Below are positions 49,857 through 62,194 of a stretch of 63,845 nucleotides of DNA, piece by piece (position 1 is the first letter of the stretch; the number at the start of each line of letters is the position of its first letter). The notes beneath the pieces were generated by a model. The model was given only the letters and a program-made list of their open reading frames with translations, was not told the DNA's origin and did not search any database. The position numbers and the translations under genes were made by a program. This DNA is from Malacoraja senta (lineage: Eukaryota): the NCBI GenBank assembly GCA_038087875.1, contig JAXLNO010004152.1, positions 868,156 through 932,000 of the forward strand, given 5' to 3'.

Positions 49857-50176
49857 ATGATTATAAAAGCCCTGCAAAAATCACGCCGTTGGGCCGAAGT
49901 GAGACCCCCAGCCCAGCCATTGTTGAATACAATGTGACTGAATCGTTAAATTGGATATGCAAACAAAGAATTTCACTGTGACTAGTCACATGTGACAATA
50001 AAATATTCCATTCCATTCCATTCTATTCCAAATGATTACGAGATCCCTCCAGTTACACAGTGAAAAGTGTGTGCCTGGAAGGCGAAAGTTTTACTGCCAG
50101 CGAACACATATTACGGTGAGTTGCGTGTCCTCCTGTACACTGAAAACTAAATGGGAGAGTACATAATGACATAAAC

Positions 50177-50246
50177 TCCTCGTTAGTATAATGGTTAGTA
50201 TCCCCGCCTCACGCGGGAGAGCGGGGTTCAATTCCCCGACGGGAAG
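50177..50246 (+). pseudogene. tRNA-Asp pseudogene with 2-nt deletion in the anticodon
   Basis: TCCTCGTTAGTATAATGGTTAGTATCCCCGCCT--CACGCGGGAGAGCGGGGTTCAATTCCCCGACGGGAAG; downstream T6 run. Confidence 0.9.
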
Positions 50247-50480
50247 AAGGGCTCCATTTTTTCAAAAGGAAGCGATAAGTTAATTGTAGAATCAAGGAAC
50301 TGCAGATGCTGGTTTTCCAAGGTCAGTTTAGGAAACTGGAGGGGAGTAAACATTATTAGCAACTGGAAGTCCCTGCAAGCAAGTGTACGGTGCAATGATA
50401 GCGAGTCTACGCTTGTTCTTACCGATGAGCAGGAGGCCACATCAAGAACTTCAGATACAGTGATGCGCTTAGAGTGGGTG

Positions 50481-51899
50481 TCTAACATCGGTTAGTCTAA
50501 CATCGGTAGTGGGGAAACTGCTAGAGTCAGTTATTAAAGATGGGATAGCAGCACATTTGGAAAGTGGTGAAATCATTGGACAAAGTCAGCATGGATTTAC
50601 GAAAGGTAAATCATGTCTGACGAATCTTATAGAATTTTTCGAGGATGTAACTAGTAGCGTGGATAGGGGAGAACCAGTGGATGTGGTGTATCTGGACTTC
50701 CAGAAGGCTTTCGACAAGGTCCCACATAAGAGATTAGTATACAAACTTAAAGCACATGGCATTGGGGGTTCAGTATTGATGTGGATAGAGAACTGGCTGG
50801 CAAACAGGAAGCAAAGAGTAGGAGTAAACGGGTCCTCTTCACAATGGCAGGCAGTGACTAGCGGGGTACCGCAAGGCTCAGTGCTGGGACCCCAGCTATT
50901 TACAATATATATTAATGACCTGGATGAGGGAATTGAAGGCAATATCTCCAAGTTTGCGGATGACACTAAGCTTGGGGGCAGTGTTAGCTGTGAGGAGGAT
51001 GCTAGGAGACTGCAAGGTGACTTGGATAGGCTGGGTGAGTGGGCAAATGTTTGGCAGATGCAGTATAATGTGGTTAAATGTGAGGTTATCCATTTTGGTG
51101 GCAAAAACAGGAAAGCAGACTATTATCTAAATGGTGGCCGACTAGGAAAAGGGGAGATGCAGCGAGACCTGGGTGTCATGGTACACCAGTCATTGAAAGT
51201 AGGCATGCAGGTGCAGCAGGCAGTGAAGAAAGCGAATGGTATGTTAGCTTTCATAGCAAAAGGATTTGAGTATAGGAGCAGGGAGGTTCTACTGCAGTTG
51301 TACAGGGTCTTGGTGAGACCACACCTGGAGTATTGCGTACAGTTTTGGTCTCCAAATCTGAGGAAGGACATTATTGCCATAGAGCGAGTGCAGAGAAGGT
51401 TCACCAGACCGATTCCTGGGATGTCAGGACTGTCTTATGAAGAAAGACTGGATAGACTTGGTTTATACTCTCTAGAATTTAGGAGATTGAGAGGGGATCT
51501 TATAGAAACTTACAAAATTCTTAAGCGGTTGGACAGGCTAGATGCAGGAAGATTGCTCCCGATGTTGGGGAAGTCCAGGACAAGGGGTCACAGCTTAAGG
51601 ATAAGGGGAAATCCTTTAAAACCGAGATGAGAAGAACTTTTTTCACACAGAGAGTGGTGAATCTCTGGAACTCTCTACCACAGAGGGTAGTCGAGGCCAG
51701 TTCATTGGCTATATTTAAGAGGGAGTTAGATGTGGCCCTTGTGGCTAAAGGGATCAGAGGGTATGGAGAGAAGGCAGGTGCGGGATACTGAGTTGGATGA
51801 TCAGCCATTATCATATTGAATGGCGGTGCAGGCTCGAAGGGCCGAATGGCCTACTCCTGCACCTAATTTCTATGTTTCTATGTTTCTATGTTTCTATGT
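50481..51899 (+). mobile_element. 5'-truncated CR1 LINE (RT ORF 50509-51630)
   Basis: Intact RT motifs; (TTTCTATG)n tail. Confidence 0.95.
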
Positions 51900-52640
51900 C
51901 CGTGAACTGCAGTCTCGCTGCAAGGACCTGCTATGGTTACTGATTGGGCTCTGAAGGAGGTATATGGACAGATGTTTTATCTCCTGCGATTTCAGGGAAG
52001 TCTTCCAGGGAAGGCTTGATTTGGGTGAGAAAGTATGAGTGAACCAAGGAATTGTGGAGGGAGCTGTATAACTGCGGAAGTCGGGCTGGTGGAGATGGGA
52101 AGATGTGACGGGTGGTGGAATCACGTTGGTGCTGCAATTTAGTTGACTTTAGTTTACAGATACAGCGCGGAAATAGGTCCTACGGCCCTCCGGGTCCGCG
52201 CCGACCAGCGAGCACCATCCTACACACACTGGGGACATTTTTTTAAACATTTTTCCAAGCCAATTAAACTAAACACCTGTAGGTCTTTAGAATGTGGGAG
52301 GGAACCGAAGATCTCGCACAAATCCACGCAAGTGACGGTGAGAAATTAAAACTCCGTACAGACAGCAGCCGTAGACGGGATCGAACCCGCGTCTCAGGCG
52401 TTGCAAGTGCTGTAATAGGCAGCAGCTCTACCGCAGCGACACCGTGTCATCCTATTATTGGACCATGTGTTAGATGCGAAGGCTGGTGGAGTGCAAGGTA
52501 AGGACAATGTGAAGTCTACCTTTATTGCGCCTGGAGGGAGTGGAAGCGCCAGTAGAGCTACGGGACACAGAGGAGACGTGGGCGAGGGTTGCATCCAAGA
52601 CAGAAGGGGGGAAACCACGTATACTAAATAAATAATACAT
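51900..52640 (-). mobile_element. Penelope-like fragment interrupted by a SINE
   Basis: Reverse strand RGFPPSVLDATL..IVLTLHSTSLRI, similar to 34255-34500. Confidence 0.7.
52138..52447 (-). mobile_element. tRNA-derived SINE (V-SINE/HE1-like)
   Basis: CACGGTGTCGCTGCGGTAGAG A-box-like head, GGGTTCGATCCC B box, V-domain-like CTTCGGTTCCCTCCCACATTCTAAAGAC, CR1-like tail. Confidence 0.8.
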
Positions 52641-53097
52641 TGGTTTATCTTGCGCCCGGGTTGGGGAAACTTCCAAAATGCAAGTACTTGGTGTTAGCCT
52701 CTTGTCCCCAATATTCCCACAGTGACAGTATCTCAGCACCATCGGGGCTTAAATTCAGTCCGAGTCTGTCACTTCAAGCACATTAAACCGGTACTGTTGC
52801 TATCAGATGTCAACTCCCACATCGTAGCAGCAAACATGCCGAATCTCACGATGTGTCGCAAAACACAAAGTGGGCGATTAACTCAGATCTTTGTGGTGTG
52901 CGGTGCCGGAGTGCTGGAGGAACTCGGGTGGTCAAGCAGCATCTTTGTGCGACATGGATAGTCAACGTTCCGGTTGGGACACTTTTTCGTACTGATTGTA
53001 GTCGGAGGTAGAAAGGTGAAATAGGGACAAAGCCGGACAAATGATAGTTGGACACAGCTGAATTTGGGTTTGTTGGCATACAAATGTACAAAGGCTA

Positions 53098-55351
53098 CGT
53101 AGATTAACCCTTATTAAACTACACAGCTTTACATTAACAAGGTCAGCCGGCTCTCACAAGCCACACCGAGCTGGATAAGAATGGCTGGCAGTTTAAATGT
53201 TCCGGATTACATATGGAATAAAGATTGATCTTTCACTATGTGTGTTGTCGTGGATCATTCAGAAACATGGTGTCAGAATCTTGAGCCACGTCTCCAACTC
53301 TTTTGCCTGAATTTATTTCAGTTTATTTTTTTATCAACGAACCATCGCTCTGTTGTCATGGCAGGAGCGGTTCGTAAACCAGATCCTTTGGTATTCGACA
53401 GTGAACTTGCCGAACGTTGGCGCATCTTCGATGTGGAATTCAGAATAGACGCTGCTCACCGGGGAGCTGCTCCCCACACTGTTGCATCAACACTCCTCAA
53501 CATAGCAGGCACAGAGGCTGCCCTGCGGGCACGGGATTTTTACTACGCCCCAGAACATACCCATGCGATAACACAGATTGTGACCCCGGCAGACTCCATC
53601 AGAGACCACACCAGTCTCCTCCGAAAGTTCAGAGACCTGTGCCAACTTCGTACTAGCCTTCCTACGATGCACATGCCTTTTATAGGTCCCCGCGACAAAT
53701 ATTAACAACCCCTGGAAAACCACCTACAGCCCCAGGGAGGGTAACCGACCCTCAGATCCATTATTGTGGTAATTGCGGCGGCTCACATCCGAAATTTCGT
53801 GAGCAATGCTTCGGTTATGGTAAAACTTGCCACTACTGCAGAAATAAAAAACAACTTTGCCCGGCGCTCGTGGCAACAGGATCCAGCCACAACAATCTCT
53901 CTATGCGCTAGAGCCCACACTTTCCCATGAGGCACTGACTGAAACAGCAGTTCCAGCTGAACCACGACCGCAGCACCTGCAAGAAGACAGTCAAAACATA
54001 CATTCCTGTATACCCGACTCGACGTCTAAAAATAGTTATCCCATGAGTACGCACAGTATCAACAATAACAAAGTCGCTGCAAAGATAGATACAGGGGCAC
54101 GATGCAATGTCCTGTCCTTGTCAGACTTCCAAAGAGTTCACAACAACGAAACTGTCATGAAAACAAGCTCCAAGTTACATCCATTTGGTTGGGGGGGGGG
54201 GGGTGGGAGTTGCAACCGGTTGGTAAGGTGACATCACAATGCCATCTAGCGTCTCAAGTTTACAATCTGGAGTGCGCGGTAAGAAGTGCAAAATAATTAA
54301 TGGAACGCTCACACAGGGCCGGCTCTGATCTCCGTCTCGACTTACCTAACTCACGAAACACCGTCCGCGACCCGCTCCTGGGATCTTCGGCCGAACGACT
54401 CATGTCATGGCGCACCCGCTCCACCCTGCCTGTGGCCAAGCAACTACTAGAACCACAAGTTCGTGCACCGTCGGTGGTCCAATCCCAGCTCTAACGCCGC
54501 CGCGACATACAAAGAAAATACTATGACAAAACCAGTTCCCCGCTTCAACCGCTCAACAAGGGACAGGTTGTCCGCTTACGGTCACTCAGAGGTTATTACC
54601 GCCTCGGAGTCATTCTGTGGTCAACCGCGGAGCCACGCTCGTTCCTGGTCATTATTGACAACGGCATCAAACGACTCACCCGCCAACACCTCCTCCCGGT
54701 TAATGAACCGGCACCTCCAAGTCCTTACCCGGACCAGCTGGCCGGTCTTCCCTCACGCTCCGCGAATGCCACTCCGGCGATTTCTCTACCGGTGCCAGTG
54801 CCATCACTGCCTTCCCCGGTGGCCCCATCTCCACCGGTGTCTTCTCCGCGTTCACCGATAAGGGACTTGCTCCCTCAGAGAAGGATGAGCCGCACGAGGG
54901 GTTCTACCGTACACGTGCAGGCCGTGTCTACAAGCCAAACCCGCTGATTGGAAAATTCACCGGCTATACTTGAACTGTGTATGACCTGTTTCGTTTTGTG
55001 TGCTCACATATGCACAAGTATGTACAAGTAAAATAAGAAATGCCCACACCCTATACTGGTGTTTTACAATATGCTCCACTAACCACTCTTTATATGCTTT
55101 GCTTCTTTAATAGGAAGGATATAGATTAACCCTTATTAATCCATGCCATTTATAATCTCCACTACACAATTATGCATGCCACCCATTACATGGTATTACG
55201 GTGCTACACAGATTTACACTAACAAGGTCAGTCTGCTCTTACAAGCCACGCCAAGCTGGATAAGATGGCTGGCAGTTTAAATGTTCCGGATTACTTATGG
55301 AATAAAGATTGATATTCCACGATGTGTGTTGTCGTGGATCATTCATGAACA
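53098..55351 (+). mobile_element. Complete but internally deleted non-autonomous Gypsy (Mag-like) element, 5-bp TSD GGCTA
   Basis: LTRs at 53098-53267 and 55120-55351; PBS TGGTGTCAGAA at 53268; PPT AGGAAGGA; GGCTA at 53093-53097 and 55352-55356; gag, Zn-knuckle, protease (KIDTGA) and integrase-tail remnants. Confidence 0.93.
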
Positions 55352-55734
55352 GGCTAGAGATCAAAAGAGTGACACCAATAGGACAAGAGACAAGGAGGCG
55401 AAAACGCGTCGAGTGATAGGTGGATATAGTGGAAGCAAAACAAGAAGAGAAGCAAATAGCAGTGAAATATAAAGCCACAGGGGAGTATGTAGGTGGAAGG
55501 GGACGTGGGGGTTGCCGATGGGAGAAACTGGGTGAAAATCTGTAAGAAATATGATGGGGAGAGAGGTAGTGACGTAAAATTATAGAATTTACGGCGTATA
55601 CCACGCGGTTCTATGCCACCCAAGAGGAATATGAGGCGCCTTTCCTCCAGTTTGCACGTGGCCTCGCACTGGTAACAGAGGAGCTTCAGGACAGAAAGGA
55701 CAATATGAGAATAGAATGCGGTGGGGGTGGGGAG

Positions 55735-57596
55735 CAATGTTCCCTCTAAGCGAAGAGAGAGGGGGTGAGGGTGGGGAGCAATGTTCTCACTAAGCTGTGT
55801 GTGTGTGCGCGCGCGCACAAGTTTTGAAACTAGCGCACAAAGAAAATATATGTGCGCACAAAGGATTTTGCAGCCTGCTCTGGCATAGGGGAAATCCGGT
55901 CCGGGGGCGCTGCTTCCGGTCCGCGGGCGTAGGGGAGAGGGAGGAGGAGAGAAGAGGGGAGACGTGGAGGAGAGAGGGGGAGGGGGAGGGGAGAGGGGGG
56001 AGAACGGGGAGGGAAAGGGGGGGAGTGGAGGGGAGGGAAGAGAGGGGAGAGTGGAGGGAGAGGGGGAGAGGGGGGGCAGGAAGAGAGAGGGGGAGTTGTG
56101 GAGGAGAGAGGGGGGAATAGAGGGGGTGGAGAGGTGGGAGGAGTGGTGGAAGAGGGGGAGGAGAGAAGGAGGAGAGGTGGAGAGACTGGGAGAGAGGGAG
56201 AGGAGAGAAGGGGAGGGGGAAGACTTGTTACAGTGTTAAAATAAAGAACGGTTTCATGTGAAAAACGAAAGCATTCAAGAATAGAAACATAGAAACATAG
56301 AAACATAGAAAATAGGTGCAGGAGGAGGCCATTCGGCACTTCGAGCCGGCACCGCCATTCATTGTCATCATGGCTGATCGTGCCCTATCAATAACCCGTG
56401 CCTGCCTTCTCCCCATATCCCTTGATTCCACTAGCCCCTAGAGCTCTATCTAACTCTCTCTTAAAGCCATCCAGTGATTTGGCCTCCACTGCCCTCTGTG
56501 GCAGGGAATTCCATAAATTCACTACTCTCTGGGGGAAAACGTTTTTTTCTCACCTCAGTCTTAAATGACCTCCCCTTTATTCTAAGACTGTGGCCCCTTG
56601 TTCTGGACTCGCCCAACATTGGGAACATTTTTCCTGCATCATGCTCCAGTGAATACAAGCCTTGTCTTTTCAAACTTTCCTCATATGACAGTCCCGCCAT
56701 CCCAGGGATCAATCTCGTGAACCTACTCACAATCTCGTGAAACTGCCTCAATCACAAGGATGTCCTTCTTCAAATTAGGAGACCAAAACTGCACACAATA
56801 CTCCAGATGTTGTCTCACCAGAGCCCTATACAACTGCAGAAGAACCTCTCTACTCCTATGCTGAAATCCTCTTGTTAAGAAGGCCAAAATTCCATTAGCT
56901 TTCTTCACTGCCTGCTGTACCTGTAAGCCAACTTTCAGTGACCGGTGTGCAAGGTCGCCCAGGTCTCGCTGTACCTCCCCCTTACCTAACCTAATCCCGT
57001 TGAGATAATAATCTGCCCCCTTGTTTTTGCCGCCAAAGTGGATAACCTCACATTTATCTATATTATACTGCATCTGCCACGCATCTGCCCACTCACTCAA
57101 CCTGTCCAGGTCACCCTACAACCTCCTAACATCCTCTTCACAGTTCACACTGCCACCCAGCTTTGTGTCATCCGCAAACTTGCGGATGTATGTCATAGAC
57201 ACTGCAATGTTACCTACAATGTAGTAATCAATAACTATACAGTGTTATATAGTATATAATTTATACTGATTTCTAAAAAATCTCATAATCATATTAAATT
57301 TATTGTACAGTTTGCGAAGATCCATTTCAAATTCTGTAGCTGGCTTATTATATTGAAAGACATTTTGATTCACCATGTGAAATTCAAAGGGTGCAAAGGG
57401 TGTGTAGAGCAAAAGAACTGCAAGCTGGCTTAAAGTTGAATGGCTTAACAAAATAGTAAAAATTACCATATCTAAAGCTCATGAGGTCATACATTTTCAC
57501 AATAATTCAGTGCGCACACATATTTATAGCAGCATACAAATGGCACAATACAAGATTTCAGCGCACACGAACTACTAAAAAATAGAGGGAACATTG
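55735..57596. mobile_element. Non-autonomous hAT-type DNA transposon (14-bp TIR, 8-bp TSD), inserted in a Penelope-like fragment
   Basis: CAATGTTCCCTCTA at 55735 and TAGAGGGAACATTG at 57583-57596; GTGGGGAG at 55727-55734 and 57597-57604. Confidence 0.88.
56281..57185 (-). mobile_element. 5'-truncated CR1 LINE nested in the hAT element
   Basis: RT C-terminal motifs and (TTTCTATG)n tail. Confidence 0.9.
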
Positions 57597-58768
57597 GTGG
57601 GGAGGTGTTAAAATGGTTAGCAACCTGAAGATGAAGCAGGCTTTGTGAACCGAGCACATGTGTTTGGCGAAAAGGTTGTCTGGCCTTCACTTGGTCCTGC
57701 CGATGTAAAGAAGCGACATCAAATGAAGAACATGAGATTCGAGTGCATCAATTGTTTCCGCCGGCAGTGGTCGGAATCAAATTGGTCGGAATGCTATTGC
57801 GGCGCAGACGGAGCAAGAGCGGACGAACAAGCGGCAGCAGAGAGCGCTGGGCGATCTTTTGCAGGGGAGCCAGGAGTGCACTGGCTGCTGCAGCCGAAAT
57901 GGGTGCCGGGGCTCACCGATGGACCTACTGTTCCGGCCAGAGGATGAGGGGCGATCGCGCGTTACCGACCTCGGGAACGGAGAGTAGCGCACCCCGGGTG
58001 GAGGAGGAGGGGGGAAGAGTATCCCGGGGGGCGGGAGGAGAGCTCACCCCGGTGATAGGACCCGTGGAGATAGGGGAGGAGCGATTCCCGTGGAGTGTGG
58101 GGAGCGCTCACCGGTGATGGACTCCGGGAAAGGAGGGGAGCCTTTGTCTCTTCTGTCTGACAGGAGAGGATACAGAGAAAGACTATGGTGTGAGTGGGCC
58201 TGAAGTGCTCTTTGATTATGTTGGCTGCTTTTTCAGATTTAGACGGAGTCGCTGTGTACGAACTCTGGTTTGTGTGATCAACTGCACTGTGTTCAAATTT
58301 ATCTGCAATTTATTGCGGTCTCAGGCAGAGCCATTGCCGTACTGCATCCAGAAAGGACCAGGCAGAGGGTCGGGCTGCATTTCTGGAGAAAATGAATGGG
58401 TGACGTTTCGGGTAGAGACCTTTCTTCAAACGCAGAGAGCATAATACATTGTTATTTTAAGTAAACTAGAACACGAAAGTGTAAAAATCTATAACGCAGA
58501 GCAGCCAAAGTAGCAGAAAATCAATGGTGATACGCTTCTGAGATGGGGCTGTTGTTTGGGTTGTGCAAGGTAGTTCAAGAACTTGCCGGTTTTGAACTTG
58601 GAATTAATACTTGAATTTGGAGGAATCCATTCTTGGCCCTGATGTTTTTAACCATGACAAATTGTTGGTGGCATTTACACAAATAACTTGAAACTCCTGA
58701 CTATCTTTTGTACTTCATTAGTAAATCCCTGTTAAGTATAGTTTGTACATATCCTGTCTTTGATTATT

Positions 58769-60215
58769 GAAACATGGAAACATAGAAAATAGGTGCAGGA
58801 GTAGGCCATTCGGCCATTCGAGCCTGCACCGCCATTCAATATGATCATGGCTGATCATCCAACTCAGTATCCTGTACCTGCTTTCTCTCCATACCCCCTG
58901 ATCCCTTTAACTACAAGGGCCACATCTAACTCCCTCTTAAATATAGTCAGTGAACTGGCCTCAACTACATTCTGTGGCAGAGAATTCCAGAGATTCACCA
59001 CTCTCTGCGTGAAAAATGTTTTTCTCATCTCGGTTCTAAAAGCTTTCCCCCCCTATCCTTAAATTGTGACCCCTTGTTCTGGACTTCCCCAACATCGGGA
59101 ACAATCTTCCTCATCTTGCCTGTCCAACCCCTTAAGAATTTTGTAAGTTTCTATAAGATCCCCCCTCAATCTTCTAAATTCTAGCGAGTACAAGCCGTGT
59201 CTATCCAGTCTTTCGTCATATGAAAGTCCTGACATCCCAGGAATCAGTCTGGTGAACCTTCTCTGTACTCCCTCTATGGCAAGAATGTCCTTCCTCAGAT
59301 TAGGAGACCAAAACTGTACGCAATACTCCAGGTATGGTCTCACCAAGACCCTGTACAACTGCAGTAGAACCTCCCTGCTCCTATACACAAATCCTTTTGC
59401 TATGAATGCTAACATACCATTCGCTTTCTTCACTGCCTGCTGCACCTGCATGCCTACTTTCAATGACTGATGTACCATGACACCCAGGTCTAGTTGCATC
59501 TCCCCTTTTCCTAATCGGCCACCATTCAGATAATGGTCTACTTTCCTGTTTTTGCCACCAAAGTGGATAACCTCACATTTATCCACATTATACTGCATCT
59601 GCCATGCATTTGCCCACTCACCCAGCCTATCCAAGTCACCTTGCAGACTCCTAGCATCCTCCTCACAGCTAACACTGCCCCCAGCTTCGTGTCATCCGCA
59701 AACTTGGAGATGTTGCATTCAATTCCCTCGTCCAAATCATTAATATATATTGTAAATATCTGGGGTCCCAGCACTGAGCCTTGCGGTACCCCACTAGTCA
59801 CTGCCTGCCATTCTGAAAATGAGCCGTTTACTCCTACTCTTTGCTTCCTGTCTGTCAGCCAGTTCTCTATCCACATCAATACTGAACCCCCAATACCGTG
59901 TGCTTTATGTTTGTATACTAATCTCTTATGTGGGACCATGTCGAAAGCCTTCTGAAAGTACAGATATATCACATCCATTGGGTCTCCCTTATCCGCTCTA
60001 CTAGTTACATCCTCGAAAAATTCTATAAGATTCGTCAGACATGATTGACCTTTCATAAATCCATGCTGACTTTGTCCAATAATTTCACCACTTTCCAAAT
60101 GTGCTGCTATCCCATCTTTAATAACTGACTCTAGCAGTTTCCCCACTACCGATGTTAGACTAACTGGTCTGTCATTCCCCGTTTTCTCTCTCCCTCCCTT
60201 TTTAAAAAGTGGGTT
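58769..60215 (-). mobile_element. 5'-truncated CR1 LINE
   Basis: ORFs 59538-60146 and 59059-59634 with RT motifs; same subfamily as 50481-51899. Confidence 0.93.
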
Positions 60216-60674
60216 TTTTCAAGTATATTTGCTTAATATGTCTTCATCTCCATTGTGTAGGTAGGTTGACCTATTAACCGCCGGAGCAGAACGATGCTCA
60301 CAAGCTGAGAGTCTGGTCTGAATCCGAGGAGCGAGTGAGCAGAGTGTCAGCAACTGAGCAAATGCCCTTTAATTAGTTGCCATAATTAAGCTATTGCACT
60401 GCTGGAGGCATATGTTTTAATGCGTATAAACCCACGTTGACAGCGATTAGTTCTGGGGCAAGAAACAGGTGAATCACCAATCACAAGGCTGTCACGGAGG
60501 TGGATGATCTTAGTCTCTGTCGTTCTATTTTGCGATAAAGAAAAAGAACGTCAAGGTAATTATCTAACATTTTTAAAAACGGGGTAAGGGTGTGAGAGAC
60601 CCCATGTGCATGTTTTGATGAACTAGTCAGAGGCTGGTCAATGGTTTGCTGTTGGTATTGGTCATATAAAGAGA

Positions 60675-60747
60675 TGCCCAACGTAGGGCTCGGACCCACG
60701 ACCCTGAGATTACGAGTCCCATGTTCTACCGACTGAGCTCGACGGGC
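60675..60747 (-). pseudogene. tRNA-Lys(CTT)-derived gene with anticodon CGT, likely pseudogene
   Basis: GCCCGTCGAGCTCAGTCGGTAGAACATGGGACTCGTAATCTCAGGGTCGTGGGTCCGAGCCCTACGTTGGGCA. Confidence 0.88.
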
Positions 60748-62194
60748 AGAGGCTGCTATATGTGTTAACGCGTAAAATATCACGATAATATCCCTGTATA
60801 TACCACAAATCTATCGCTGGCAAGATTTCTTGCCAGTTCGTCCAGAAAACGATCACATTCGAATCGTTTAACAAACGTTCATTCGATCGCATTTCGATGA
60901 TTTTGTACATTCTAGTAGACCCATTACACGAAAGCTTCAGAGATGCGCGGAAGAGGTTTATGATGATGCTGGCGGAGTAGAGGTTTGGTAGCTATAAGGA
61001 GACGTTGTACAAACTACATTGTTTTTGCTAGAGCTTCGGAAGTTAAGATGAAACGTTTTTATCTCATCTTGTTTATTCCGCAATTTAGCTGAATATTTAC
61101 CGTACCACCTCAGTTACATCCGCACCACCCATCTAATATCACTTTACTCGCTTCGCCTATGATATTATATTGTTCTCTGTACAATGTGTGCTTGTTCCGG
61201 CTTCCAGCAGCTTCAGGTTAATATTGCTGCTATCAGGATGGTTGCGGCCGTAAGGCAGCGCACTAAATCCCTGCCGGATCCACGTTATGCTGCCAGCCCC
61301 CATACCTCACTTGGCCCATGCATAATAACAGTGATCTATCAATCAGATTTCAGAGGAGCAGAATGGAATTTCGGAGAGGAGAAATGGTCTCAGTTTCCAT
61401 CGGCAAATTCCCAGATAAGCCCCCTGAAATGATTATGTGTTAACGTTCACCATACAGGTCCAGTGGTTGAGAAACGTACCTAATATAACGAATACCATTC
61501 AGTCCTATATACAAGATAGAAATATATGTTATCCATACTGTGAACTAAAGGAACCCTTGCGATGAGCACACATGAACCATTTTGTCTCTGATATTTAATT
61601 ATTAGGTAGACACAAAATGCTGGAGTAACTCAGCAGGGCAGGCAGCATCTCTGGAGAGAACTACCATTAACGATATATACTCACGATGTTCGTTTTTGAC
61701 ATTTTCAGAAAACGTCCCTTTACCGAGAGAGATGATGTTCGGTCCTCCTGATATGTCTGTTGGTTGGGAAAGAGGAGTCTGGGACAGAGTAAACTGGTTC
61801 GTTCTCCATCTCTTACACCAATTATGAGATGATGCAGTCTCTTTTGTATCAGTGCACTTTACCACGCCCATCTCGCCGTATGCCTTGATGACGACCGCCG
61901 GACCTACATTAAAACGGTGAACAATTTCTATTGTGTTCCGTCCGAGAATTGCAGCTCTCAGAGTCGTGGGAAGACTGGGGAAACCCCCCGAAACGTCCCC
62001 TATTCGTTTATTTCCAGAGAGCTGAGTTACCCTAGTATTTTGAGTCTATCTCCGAGGAAACATTTTTGACAGAAGCTGGGATTCACATTCGGAGACGAAG
62101 AATTTTTCATTGATAAAAGACGAATGCAATGTAAAATTGTTAACGTGTTGTTATATAGAAACATGCATGTTGGACAATTGCAATGTAGTGGAAT

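Noticed and set aside
52370-52447. Additional tRNA gene
   Set aside because: The tRNA-like head continues into a SINE body and tail, with no proper cloverleaf.
57740-58140. CpG-rich ORFs as a possible first exon
   Set aside because: No recognisable homology, codon bias or convincing splice structure; more likely a TE-derived segment.
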